Source: Yuukianura sp. NJ FZ-2021 (taxonomy: Eukaryota). From it: a DNA stretch of 64,000 nucleotides. Of the stretch, positions 51,912 to 64,000 are shown in pieces. The translations under genes were made by a program, and so were the position numbers. Location of the stretch: NCBI GenBank assembly GCA_046563655.1, contig CM102290.1, positions 8,308,001-8,372,000 on the forward strand, given 5' to 3'. The notes beneath the pieces were generated by a model, which did not search any database, was not told the DNA's origin, and worked only from the letters and a program-made list of their open reading frames with translations. Every line of letters starts with the position of its first letter. Within the stretch, counting starts at the first letter, position 1.

Positions 51912-54900
51912 TTCCAAGCATCCAGCATTCTATACTTGTGCTTCCAGTACAAAAAAAGAGAGACCGATTTGGTGTTTCTAATCCAATTGTGTTCGAGAAG
52001 AGACAAATGATAGAAAAGGGGGAGCACTGAAGTGGACTCCTCAAAATCTTCGTAGGTTGGATCATACGAAGGGTTCGAAATTTTGAAAAAAAAAATTACC
52101 CGGGTTTTTTCCTCCTCTCCCGCTCTTTTCCTTGGGGATTTTGAAACCATTTCATTTGATTCCCTCCCGCCCGATTTCTCTTTTCCCAAGTCCACAACCT
52201 GTTACACACACTCCTTCCCTTCTTCAAAAACTGCCCCCCCCCCCTCTTTTCCAGGGGGAGTTTTTTTGAAAAGTTTGAAACATGTTTAAAACACAGAAGA
52301 AGGGCTGTGGGGCGAAGGGAGAGGTCCCTTGAGTCTTTGGACCCCGCGGGAGACCCCCTGGGGACAAACACCGATCAACCGCTTCCTACACATCACAATG
52401 ACTCCAGGCCCTTATCCAGAAAACTCCTGGACCCTTCAACTTCAGAAGCAAATATCAGAGACTTTGATCGAATGAAAGCATGAGCAAACTTTCAGAAATT
52501 AAACATTCATCTGGGGGCGGGGGCTGGACTACATGACGGGAAGGAGAAAGAAACGGGAGTTCAAGGCACGAGTCTACATATGGTTCGTTGACCTCTGACC
52601 TCGGACAGAACGTGTTACTTGTTCTGAAAAAAAAACGCTTTAAGATATTTTTCTTTATTTTTGTTTTTTTTTAACTTATTATAAAGAATACGTTTTCCTG
52701 TTTTCAACACTTTCGTAACAATTTTTTCGGTTTTGATCACCTTCTTGCTAGGCTGCGTGAAAGTTTTTCTGACGTTTTGAAGTTTCCTTTTCCAACTTTC
52801 TGATGACATTTAAAAAATTTGAAAACTGTTTCAACAAGTCTTTCAACCAGTTTTTAAATTTTTGTTGTCAAAACTTTGTCCGAGGTGAAAGTAATTTATT
52901 TTAACTTATTTATTTCTTGCAGTGCTTTTCACAACTTTTTTTTAAAGTTTTGGCTATTTTCTTGGAATTATTTCGTACGAGGTTAAAGCGTTCGCAAAAA
53001 AAAAATTTGAAAATTTGTACCATAGCATTGAGGGATATTTGAGCCTGCTTTGAAAACTATTTGAAAGTATTTTTTTTCTGCCAATTTTGCTTCCAAATTG
53101 ACGAGTTTGTGCTTTGCAAGTGGTGAAAGTAAATTTTTTTGCAGCGAGTTACAAACTATTTTCAAAAGTTTCTAAACGCATATCTTTTCTAAAGATTTTC
53201 AAATGTTTGTTCGAGATAGGCAGAAGTTTGTGTTCCAGTGCTGGTGAAAGCAGATTTTTTTAAACTTTTCTTTTTGGATCGAGATGAATTTTTGGAAGTG
53301 GGTGGATTTTGGGCATGGAGGTCAAAGGTGACCCGCTGCTTTTGTGTCCGTACAACTGACAAGCCTAGTTCGTTTTCTTTTGTTGTTGAATTGTTGCTGT
53401 ACCCTTCCAGAACTTTTTGGACTTTGTGATTGTTGGCTTTTGGTTGTTGAAAAGGAATCGAAGGGAGGGAGTGCTGAATTCCAAAATTGGATTAAGCACA
53501 TGGTGAGGTCAAAGTGTCAAGCCCAGGAGCATGTAATTCTAATTCACTTTTTCTACTCCACAAGTCCACCCTCATTAGCATCAAAACACAATTGTTGCAC
53601 AAGTTGTGCACGAAGTAAGCACGGAGGTCGCAAAATGTGCACAAACTTCAGACGAAACGGAAAAGTATGAGGAGACCAATTCAAATTCAATTGGAAACGG
53701 ACTTTAGATGAAAAAGAAAAGTGTGTTCCAAAAACTTGTTGAACCCTTGTTTAGGAACAAAAAAATAAAACGATCCTAGGAGGAATCGATCTCGCAACTT
53801 TACTTTTTGGTCTAGTGCTCACACGCAACTCATTTAATATTTAGTTGTCTCTGTTGGGATACCGGAATTGGTGTGTTCATCAATTAATAAGTACACACGA
53901 GTGTACCGTTGGACATGTTCTCTGGTGTACCCTTGGGCATGTCCAGGTCAATGCAACTTCCGAATTTCGGATGATGAAGGGTCATCCGGGTAAGATTGAT
54001 TTCTGAGGGAAAAGGTCATGAGAACACGCAGGCCAAATGAATAAGGGTTGCGTGCAAGCCTTGGACGGTGGGTGACAATGATGCCCGGGCATTTCCCACC
54101 GCCCCCACATCTGCCACACGCCCCACCCCTGCCACAGCCCCCACACATTTGCTTTTCAGTTTTGTTTCCAAAAACTAAGTTGTTGTGTTGTAACCATTTG
54201 GAAAAATTCTCACAATGAATATTTCTTTTCAAAAATGTCCAAAAACAGAACGGAAGGTTGATTTGTAACAGCGGATGTCTAAACTCTCATATTATTCTTG
54301 TGATCCCACTGACTAAAATTGCAATAGAAACATGACACTTAAAAAAATTTCAAAAAAAAAGTACAGAAAAAGTGGGAAAGATGAAGCGTCTTTTTTTTTT
54401 TTTTGGAAATTCAGGGAAACTTGAAACATGCGGAGAAAGTTTTAGCATCGTTAGTTTTTTTTTTACAGAATTCGTCACCCGGATTAAGCTAAGCGATACA
54501 AAAGGAGGATTTCTGTATTTGAGTTTTTTGGAAATAAATTTTGGTTTCTTTTTTCAAAAATCTTGATGAAAATTTGAAAGGGTTCCACTTGAGTTTAGAA
54601 AACGAAGGAAATTGAGTTATTTTGGTTATGTGTTGGAAGTTGATGGTAGTTACTGCCGTTTGTGCCTCTCAAGAGTCAAAAACCTACTTGTCCCTTCACA
54701 CTTCGATGCCCTTTGGGAACTTGTTTATTAGCAGCGGGAGATTCTGAATAAAAATGAACATTCACAGGTTTTTAGGAGAGTACTTGAAAAAAATGGAAAA
54801 CTTCATTTTGTAAGTTAAAGTCAAAAAGCTTAAAATTTCAAAAATAAAGAGGAATAAAACGGAAAAATCAAAAATTCACAACAAACAATGTTAGATCTCA

Positions 54901-57542
54901 TCAACATTTTCTGTTTTATTTTATGTAAAAATTTCCAAAAATCTACTATTTTTCAAAAGCCTTAACAAAAGTGTTGTTGCCCAAAGTTTCGAAAGGTTCA
55001 ATCAAAAAAGCGTAAAATTTTGAAATTTTTGAATCATCTATGGTATTTGGACTTGGCGAAAACCTCAACCGTGAGGCCCGCAGAAGCTGAAGAGGCGCGG
55101 GTTTTTGAAAAAAGAAAGCAGAGAGGAATGTCGACACTTGAAAATATTCTCTCTCTCTCTTTTTTAAAAACAAAAATTACAAATCGTGAGTCTCAAAATT
55201 TTTTTTTGAAAACTTTAAAAAAGAAATTAAAAAGAAGTCTCTCACGATGTGAGTCGTGAAAAACAGTAGTAGTAGTGTTTAAGAAGTAACTTCAGAATTC
55301 ATAAGGGGGAAGATTAAGGAAGGGAGGATCCCTTTCTCCGCCTGTGTGCATTCCATAGCTACCACAAAGCTACAAAAACATCCGATAGCAGTGCTGAAAA
55401 ATGAAAAAAAAAATGAAAAACAAAAAAAAAGTTGATGCAACTTGGTGGCTGGTCACGACTGGGGAGTTGATTATGCGTTCAGACTCACAGTAAAAGTACA
55501 CCTTCTGCACTTACAGTAATAACCACACTGAACACAAAGTTGTACTTTACTGATACAAAGTGTATTATCATTAAAAATTAATAATGAAATAATATAAATT
55601 ATTACAAAATATATCATGAAAAATTAATACAAAAATACAATACAAAATAGTCAAACATGACACACAGTCAGACAGACGGACAGACAACCGTGATTATATA
55701 AAGTAACTAATTTAAAAAATTCTTCGCAATGAAATCTTGGAATCTGTTCGTTTTTGTGCTAACATATTTTTAAATATTTAAAATTAAGATATATACTTAT
55801 TGTTAGTTAAAATTAAGTTTGCCTATATTGCAATGAATTTATACTAAAAATGAGTGAACTTGGTTGAAAGTGAGTCGTGGGGCTGTTTCCCGCCCCCTTA
55901 AGTGTGTGAGTCCTTGGGACATTCATTATGTGTTATCCATTGGCTTCTTCGGAAGTTGTATTGGGTTATTTTTCGGATGAAGCATAACCTAAGCATAACC
56001 TAATGCATTAACCTAAGATGATGATGATGGAGCTACTAGGAGGATGAAAAGAAGCGGAAGAAGGTGGACGAGGGAAGGGCACAAGTTGGTGGCGATCATG
56101 ATTACTGTAATTTCTGAATATAAATCATAAACCTAATTGTCCAATCCAACCTAACAAAAAAACTAAGGTAACCCTCCATAAGATTGAATCGACGCGGGAC
56201 AAAAAGGCACGTTTCACTCATTACTGCTCTACAACCGAAACGAGACGAACAAAAGAGAGGCGACAGACAGAGAGGGAAAGTTCAAGGGTCACAGAGGTGA
56301 CACGTCCAACTGTTGCACCGAAAAGAATGGAAACAGAAGCAAAAGTGGTTGAAGTAGGGATGAACAGGTTGTACCCAACAGAAATTTGATTAAAATTAGG
56401 TGCAGGTTGGGTCAGAAGAAAATTGGTTGCAGTAAGGCATGCAGATTTGTACCCATCCCAAGAATAATCTAAATCAAGACGAAACTCCAGATACGCGAAG
56501 GCATTATTTTGTGCAGAAAAGATAATCTTTTTTATTAAACAATTTTTATTACCAAAAAAGTTTTTTTCTGTTCTTCTCAAATTTGAATCATATTTATTGT
56601 TTTCGTTAGATTTATAACCTGACAAACGTAGTACTTAAGTCTATTGGTTTCGATGACACTTGAGCAATTATTACTATGTTTCCACAAAGTCGGCGCCTTT
56701 CCTTTTTCCAAAGTGTGTGTGACATGGAAAGCAAACAAGGTTTTTGAAAAAACCGAAATTCGGTACGGGAGCCCCCTGAAAGTGCGCTCTTTTCGGGTTT
56801 TTCCAAAAGATTAGTTTCTGGGAATTTGCTCATTTGGACACTGCTCATACCTTCGAGCTTGCAGCCGCTGTAGGATTCGAACGTAGAACTCCAACCAAAC
56901 CATCCGAAGCTCTCAGCCACTTTCCCCTTTTGTTTTTCTAGATCAACCCTCAAGTACTATGAAGTTATACAAAAACCGTTTCAGTTTCATTACTTACTGA
57001 AGAGTGAGGAGGCGTTGGAGCGAAAGCGTCAGAAACTCAATTCAAAATTTTCATTTTTTTTTTGAAAACTGCCGCTGAAAATATCGTGGATTAAATGTTT
57101 CGGAAGTTTGAATCCGCCCGCCCCAGCCTCATCCAAAGTCCCAAACTAAACATTTTCATAATCTCACCTCTCTTGCTTGAGGGGATATCATTCTATTCAT
57201 TCCTCCTCTACATAAACTTTATCCCTCCTTATAACAACAGAGGTCAAAGGTCATCTCGTTTCATCTCTGCACGGAGAAAGCAACAAAGGAACTCCCTTGC
57301 TGAAGGACAAAGGTCACAGAACGTGTTTGTGGGTACAACAGACAGGCTTCTGCCTCAACTTCAACCAATTCTTATTTTCCCTTTTAATTTTTTATCAACG
57401 TGTATTTGGTTTTAAAATGCTCTTCTATCATCGCCAAATTTTTCAAAATTTTGACAATTGCGAAAAGAAAAGCACTTAGTTTTTTTTTTTGGGTAAAATT
57501 CCTGCATTTTTTTTAACTTATGAAAATCAATTAGCTTTTTAG

Positions 57543-57718
57543 TTTCAAGCCGAATGATTAGACCAAGCCGAAATGCCAGTTGCTTATTAGTCGAGCCGAA
57601 TACCTAGGTGTTCAGTTTCAAGCCGAAAGACTAAATTTCTACTTCCAAGCCGAATGTCTAGCTTTCTAGATTCAAGCCGAATACTAAACTTTCTAGATTC
57701 AAGCGGCCAAGCCGAAGT
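57543..57718. repeat. Degenerate ~27-bp-period tandem repeat with conserved AGCCGAA core
   Basis: AGCCGAA at 57548, 57566, 57594, 57621, 57648, 57675, 57710. Intervening sequence is partly conserved (TTTCTAGATTCA). Confidence 0.75.
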
Positions 57719-60047
57719 TAGTGTGTAGCTTGTAGCCGGAAGGGTGAGAACTGGAAGTGGTAAGTTGGTTGTAGTGATGATGTTGGACGTTTGTGTTGGA
57801 AATGATGATTCGGTGGAATGAGGCCGAGGTGGCTCTTGTTCTGAACAGCCTAACCTGGAAGTTGGAAGTCTTAAGTTCTGAGGCTTGGAGTGACTTGGGC
57901 TGTTGTTGTGGGCCGATGCCCGTATTCCGTTTGTAGCCTCAACAGTCTGCCTATTCTTTTTTTGGTTTTTGTGCTTAAGAAGAAGAAGGCCTCTGAAAAA
58001 ATCACATAAAAAGGAGTCCTGGGTGAAATTGGAAATTGTAGGCCCATTCCAAGAAAATCTAGTTAAGAGGCTCCGCCCTCCGCCCCGGAAAATCGATCTA
58101 CCTCATCCATCCCATCCGCTCCCTGCTTCTGCTTCACCAAACTAAACTTCCACTTGCTTTGGTACATACAAGCTTAGTTTTAGTAGTGGTGCTGGTGTGT
58201 AGTCTGCACTTTGTACACTAAGGTTCATAATAGAAACAAAACTTTTTAGACTTGTGCCAAAACATTCGGAGTGGAGCTGGACAGGAGCCAGAGATGAGAG
58301 CCGAGGCTCCGAAAAGGACTTTCTTTCCCTCAAAACTTACAACCTTGTGCCAAAAAATGGGAAATTTTGGAAACTAAATTATGCTAGTCTATGAAAAAAT
58401 ATTTTTAGAAGATGAGATTCGGAATAAAATTTGGATGAAAAAAATAAGCATTTTCTGAAAATGGTTTTCTAAAGTTACGAAACTGCAGAAGAAAATATCA
58501 TTTTTTTGTCTAAATTGGGGTAACTTGAGACAGCGTTTGAAAACTTGCAGAAAAGATGAGCGTAGGCTTCTTGAATTATGAGACCAATTTTTTGAAGTTG
58601 GACGGGAGAAAAAATGAAGCGTGGAAGTTTCGAATGCGAACTTCAAAAAGGAGTTTTCTTTTGATAGAAATTTGAAACTTTCAGCAAAAATTTTACTAAT
58701 ACAAAGCGATAGTTGGAATGAATTTTGCAAGTTTGGAGCAACGAAGTAGCACAAATTTTGCAAGGGAAAATTTGGTGTGTGGGACTTTCAAGCAATTCTT
58801 GTACTGGACTGACGTTTATATGTTTAAAATTTTTCATTTTTTTATATAGAGTTTTGTATTCGATGAAGAGTTACTGTCTTTTCCTCTTTTTCGTCCTTGT
58901 TTCTTATAAGGTTTTTGAAATCAGATTTTGAGCTTTTAGTTACCTCGAATTTTAATTTTAAATTCGGAATCTTTTTTGTCAACCATTAAAAAGTGAATGC
59001 TTTCAATTTACATTTTTGACGGCGTTTTTTTAAGGTTTACACTATGTTATTTTTCTGTTTACATTGTATGGATTGTGAGTTGATGTTTTGTTTGAAAAAA
59101 AAATGTGTGTAAAAATGTAAATTTCGAAAAATGTTGAATGTGTGCATGACGGAATGTCAAGGGAGGACGTGTCAGTTGCTTAAACTTATGATGACACACT
59201 CTGTACATTCTGACGAACGACAGACAAAGTGTCAGGAGGGAGATAATACCCAAACACTTTTGGTTTTTGAAAATTTCCGCTCTTTTATGACGGCGACAGT
59301 GGCAGTGGACAGGTGAAAACTGGTTACACTTACACAACAAACAAAAAATGTACACCGCGTTTCAACCTTAAAAACATGTACTCCGCGTTTCACAAAATTC
59401 CTGTCACTCAAAAAACACTAGTCTTGAAATTTTACACAACAAAAGAATAAAAGTGGGAGATTAGAATATGGAATGAGACAAAAACTTTCACTTTAACTTT
59501 CCTCTAAACTCTTCAAAAAGCTAAAAATTTGAAATAAATTTTGAAGTATTGTTCCCGCCAAGATTTCATGATGGACCATTTTGAATTTCTCTTTATTTTT
59601 TATAAAATTAGAAATAAGAGAAATAGTAGTTGTTATGATGGTGATTTTTTCTAATTTAAATCTTTCTCTCGTTGAGATTTAAGGTGTGACGACGACGGAC
59701 GACGACGAAATTTTCGCGACGCGTTCTCACGATGGTGCGGCGATTTCGAAATTCAAACTAAAGCGCACACATTTCCTGATGGTCCTCATCTCCTCCCAAG
59801 GTCACACAGTCACTGAACTTCACACGTAAAAGTCACACAGGTCACGGGCATGGACTTTGACCTTGAAAACGTTCCCTGTGCTTCTTGCAGCTCGAAATAC
59901 CGGGAGACTTGTTTGGCACACTTTGGTATTAGGTTGGTTTTCCGCTTTACGCTTGTCTGCCTGGTGACCTTCTACTGCTGAGTGGGGGGAGTGGCGGGGC
60001 ACGGTGGGGCTGCGAAGTTTTGGTGGGTCTTGGTGGGATTAGTTGTT

Positions 60048-63000
60048 TTACCAAACTAATCCTTCGTTAATCTGCTGGTCAGAGAAGCTCCCACTTCCAG
60101 AGACTGCATTTACAAAAAGGAACACAAGAAGATCGGAACTTTCAGCAACAGTTCAAACTTCAAAACAATTCAAAATCCCCGCGCCTAGCTCTATCCATCC
60201 TCCCTAAACAACACAACGATAATATGTCAAAGAAAAGTTCTTTCGGTTGAAGTAAGGCAGCAGTACGGTGGGTACATTAGCATCTTTTGATTAAAACTTT
60301 AACAAATGAGAAAATATTTGAAAAAATTCGATGGAATTCGAAAAACTACTGCAAAACGGAGTATACTCAAGTATGACTGCCTTGCTTTTGCCACTTTTTG
60401 AAAAATCAGAAATGAAAATGAATCGTCTACAACCTGAAGCTAGAGCAAGATCAAGGTTAGGTTAACTAAGACTGTGTCAACTCACCAGGCGGCATGTAGT
60501 CAGGACTCCCCCGTGACTGTGAGTCCACGTGACTCATGAGACCTCCCGGGAAATTTGAATTTGGCGGGCCATCACCCGGCAGCATTCCGCCCGGACCAAA
60601 GTCACCCATTCCGGGCGTTTGTTCTAGTGACACTGGAACTGAAAAACACAAAGAATAAACTTTGGGTCCACCGAGATTCGACCCACCGTCCAAACTGAAC
60701 GAATTAGAAAGCTACGCCAATATGCTAATTACCAAAATTGAAGTTCCTACCTGCTCCAGGCGGAAATTGACCTTGTTGTCCAGGGAAGAAGTCGTGGAAA
60801 GGTCCTTGGCCACCCCCTGGTCCATAAAATTCAGGGAACTTGGCTTCGGCAAAGTACGGAAACGGTTGATTCGGTCCGTCGTCCATACTCGGACTGATGT
60901 TCATCGGGAAGGCTCGCATTTTGCGTGAAGTTCCGTAAAATGGACTTCGGCCCAACGAACTCATCTGTTTCAGTCTCCGCTCCTTACTTCGTTTGTTTTG
61001 GAACCACACCTAAAGGTCAACGGTCAAAGGTCAGAGGTCAACAGTTTGGTGAAGGTCAATGACCTTGAAGTACCTGAATGACTCTCATGGGGAGCCCAGT
61101 CTCCTTGGCCAGTTGCTCCCTGATGTGGCGCGTGGGCTTCGGAGTTTGAGAAAAGGCAGTTTTGAGGATTTCGAGTTGCTTGGCTTTGATGGTCGTCCGC
61201 GGTCCGCGCCGTTTGGATCCCGCAGACGAATCCTCGGGTGACTTGTTCTCCGCACCCGGATCACGTGACTCAGAATCTCCGTCCAGTGATCCCTAGGGGA
61301 ACCAACCAAAATCTCCGTTAAAACCACAAGCCCATTTACTATTTACCTTTTCCCGCTCAAATTTCAACTTTCCCGCGCTTTCTCCTTGTCAAATTTAAAC
61401 TTTCCTGAGCTTAAACTCAAGTTTCAATTTTCCCATCATTTCACAATCTATTGTGGCAGTGAAATTCTGTTCCACTGAATCTTCAATTCTGAACTGATTT
61501 TTGCATAAATCGGCCCGAAATTTGCTAATTCAAAAAGCTTTTCTCGATTTTGTGAAAAATCGGAAAATGATTTTCTCCTGAAAAACTCAATTTTTTTTTG
61601 TAAATCAATCTGATTCAAGGATGTTTCTTACATAACTGAATTTTTTCTCTCAAAACCGGCCTTTTCAAAAATCTAACATTAATTCCAAGACAAACTTTTT
61701 AAAATATCCCTCGTTTGTCCCAAAACGAAGTTTTCAGAAATCACCCTTGAAAAATTTAAAGGTTTGAGACAAACTATCTTTACAAAAATCTAGTTCTAAA
61801 CCTAAGCGTTTTCTAGCTGGAATCAGTTTTTTGTAACTTACGTCGGAGTCGTTGCCGTCCTTGTCAGGATTGGAGTTGTCTCCGGAGGACGTGACTGGGG
61901 TTCGGACGTCTGTGTCATGCGGCGTGCCAATGCTTTTGGTGGGAGTGAGCATTCCAGGCAGGGAGTTGCCCGGACTGAGGCCTCCGAGGTGATGGTGGCC
62001 ACCGAGTCCAGCGTCCAGTAAGTCATCGTCGTCTTCGTCCTCGTCATTGGAGAAGAGGGAGTCTGGAAGAAGAGAAGATGACAGAAATCAAGAAAATGGA
62101 ACGGAGAGGCGGCTTTATTCAAATTTAATCGGATTTGGACTGTGGAAGTTTGGAGCTGCGGAGGAAGGCTTCAGCGGGATTAGAGTCGTTTGGTGCTTCA
62201 GCCGAAGTGAGCCGAGGACTTTGTTGGCTAATCCGCTCTTTTCAAAACAGACGCTGGAACATGTGGACGCTTCGTCTGGACCAAAATCCCTTCCAGCCGA
62301 ACAGCAATTCATTTGTCCCTTGCAACAAACTGGGATTGGAAATGGATGTTACGACGACCGAAGTCTCAGGGGAGGTCACATACCCAGGGGAAAACACTCT
62401 CAAAAAGTCATTTCATTATGCACGCAAAAGAGAAAAAAATACACAAAGGGTACCGGAGAAAGTGCTGAAATGAGGAAAGTTACCGTAAAGCTCCGAGCTG
62501 GTACTATTTGTACCCTATTGTAAAAATTATAAAAATACTGATACCGACGAAAGTGAAAACGTGGCAAGTTGTACCATTACTGTTTCAGAAAATGGATAAA
62601 AGTTACTGCAAAACAATTAAAACTTTTAGTGGAAAATTTGAAAGAATCTTTTGGTAAAGAGGATAAAAAAAATCGGGTAAATCTGGATTTTTTAAATTAA
62701 TTTTTGTTATATGGGTGAAAGTTTTACACACGGATTCTCATTGTTTTAAAACTATTCTCCGAAGTAGAAACTTTTAAAACAAAAGTTTGCAAATCATTTT
62801 TAGTCGAACTTTGGGGTACGTTTTACTACAACAAAGTTTTTTTTGAAAAGTTCAATTTTGAAAACACTTTCGACCAACTTCCAACTTTTTTTTTGTTTGA
62901 AGTTTATCTCACACACCACAAACTGCTGAAGTGGCTGTTAACAGTAAAATGCGGGAAGCAATAAGGATTTTAACGTCCTATTCTTAATGAGCCTCTTTTT

Positions 63001-63327
63001 CACACGTTTTCACCTCAAGTTTTTAAGTAGTCCAAGTTTAACAAGAAGACATGGCGAGGTTTTTAAGACATTCGAATTTTTCAAATTTGGAAAATTTTGA
63101 AACAAATTTTCAAAAAAAAAAACTAACCTTGTTTGGCTTGGATGTAGTCATCTTTGCAGATGAACTTGGTGTCGTCCAGGACGTAGAGTTCTTCACCCGT
63201 ATCCAGTTGTCTTCGACAAATTGTACAAGTGAAACAGTTGAGGTGAAATACTTTGTTACGGGCCTTCCGTACCATATCATGCGGCGAAATTCCTTGAGCA
63301 CAACCTGCACATTTTGTTCCAAAACGC
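60048..63327 (-). CDS. Lim1: LIM-homeobox transcription factor Lim1 (Lhx1/Lhx5 class), 5'-partial (first LIM domain is beyond the window)
   Basis: Exons (minus) 63327-63128 (LIM2: [33 protein letters not shown]...CKDDY), 62062-61842, 61292-61074 ([47 protein letters not shown]), 61009-60751 ([15 protein letters not shown]), 60638-60486, 60103-60048 (...QQINEGLVW*, cf. Lhx1 NEAAVW*). All junctions are in phase. Confidence 0.95.
61014..61066. promoter_or_regulatory. Candidate nuclear-receptor response element array (four DR1-spaced half-sites plus perfect IR1) in the Lim1 homeobox intron
   Basis: AGGTCA-A-CGGTCA-A-AGGTCA-G-AGGTCA (61014-61040) and AGGTCA-A-TGACCT (61053-61065) inside intron 61010-61073. 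Sequence is directly observed; function is inferred. Confidence 0.5.
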
Positions 63328-64000
63328 CTAAAAAACAAAATTTTCATGAAATTTTATATTAGTCAGAAAGTACTACCAAAAAACAGAGCCTACAATGGAA
63401 CAATTTGATGAAAAAATCGAGAGAGAAATTGAGGAACAAGTTTTTGCTTCCCAAACTTTATCTTTGGCTTTCTCCTTTGAAACACTCGATACCACGACAA
63501 GAGTGTTTCAAATTCTTGAAAAATTTGGATTTGAACAATCAAAATTTTAAAACTCCAAAGAGATTCATTTTCCTTCAGTCTTCGGTCTCTCTGTGACTTT
63601 GAACCCAGAAAAGAGATTTAAACTTAAATTGGAAAGTTTTGGACGAAGAAGTTAAGAATTAGTTTGAAGATTTTAATCCTCCAAGATTTTAAATTTTCCC
63701 GCCGCTATAATTCGGTGATTCTTAGGGTTCAGAGTAAGATTGAAACTTAATCCAACTTAGGCTAAGTTAGCCTAACGTAATCCTAACCAACCTAACTTTT
63801 AGTCTAACCTAATCCTAACCAAAAATCTAAGTCTGTGAACCACTTAAACTTGAGTGGTGGCGGGACTTTTGGTTCTTAGGGTGACACCCACTTCCTCTGT
63901 CTGTCACCTCGACACAACCTCTTGGCACGCCCTTTACGCCCTTTCTAAACTACAAACTTTCTTTTTCATAACCTAATCCCCCGTCTTAAAAGTTAACCTA

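Noticed and set aside
57543..57718. AGCCGAA repeat-spacer pattern as CRISPR-like
   Set aside because: The core is only 7-10 bp and the spacers are related to each other.
60466..60485. Lim1 ending at the ORF-track stop (GELTQS*)
   Set aside because: A strong GTGAGT donor at 60485 and a downstream in-phase exon ending NEGLVW* match the Lhx1/5 C-terminus better.
63757..63820. TTAGG/CCTAA runs as a telomere
   Set aside because: Short, degenerate and inside a Lim1 intron; interstitial microsatellite-like only.

Overview
Eukaryotic, intron-rich animal DNA, AT-rich and most likely arthropod (short GT-AG introns, TTAGG-like microarrays, arthropod-type Lim1). Most ORFs in the supplied track are spurious, so genes were rebuilt by hand from splice sites and reading-frame phase. 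Layout: (1) ~1-31 kb, a large + strand RAVER1/2-like (PTB-binding, 3xRRM) gene, whose first RRM appears to be completed by tiny upstream exons across a ~12.4 kb intron, followed by a long AT-rich 3' region. (2) ~32-44 kb, a compact cluster: GDP-fucose transporter SLC35C1 (-, with a GC-AG intron and an intact hAT MITE in its first coding intron), an ANKRD11/12-like gene lacking ankyrin repeats (+), an uncharacterised 266-aa Cys-motif gene (-), VPS29 (-) and RFC2 (+). (3) ~44-60 kb, a gene-poor stretch with a 29-bp minisatellite, MITE remnants and dense motif clusters. (4) 60-64 kb, the 3' part of a Lim1/Lhx1-5 LIM-homeobox gene (-). The most striking unexplained signal is a concentration of nuclear-receptor-type AGGTCA direct repeats (DR1) around Lim1. 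It peaks in the 64-nt homeobox intron, which holds four tandem DR1-spaced half-sites plus a perfect IR1 palindrome of ecdysone-response-element type. No prokaryotic systems, CRISPR arrays, rRNA or tRNA genes were seen.
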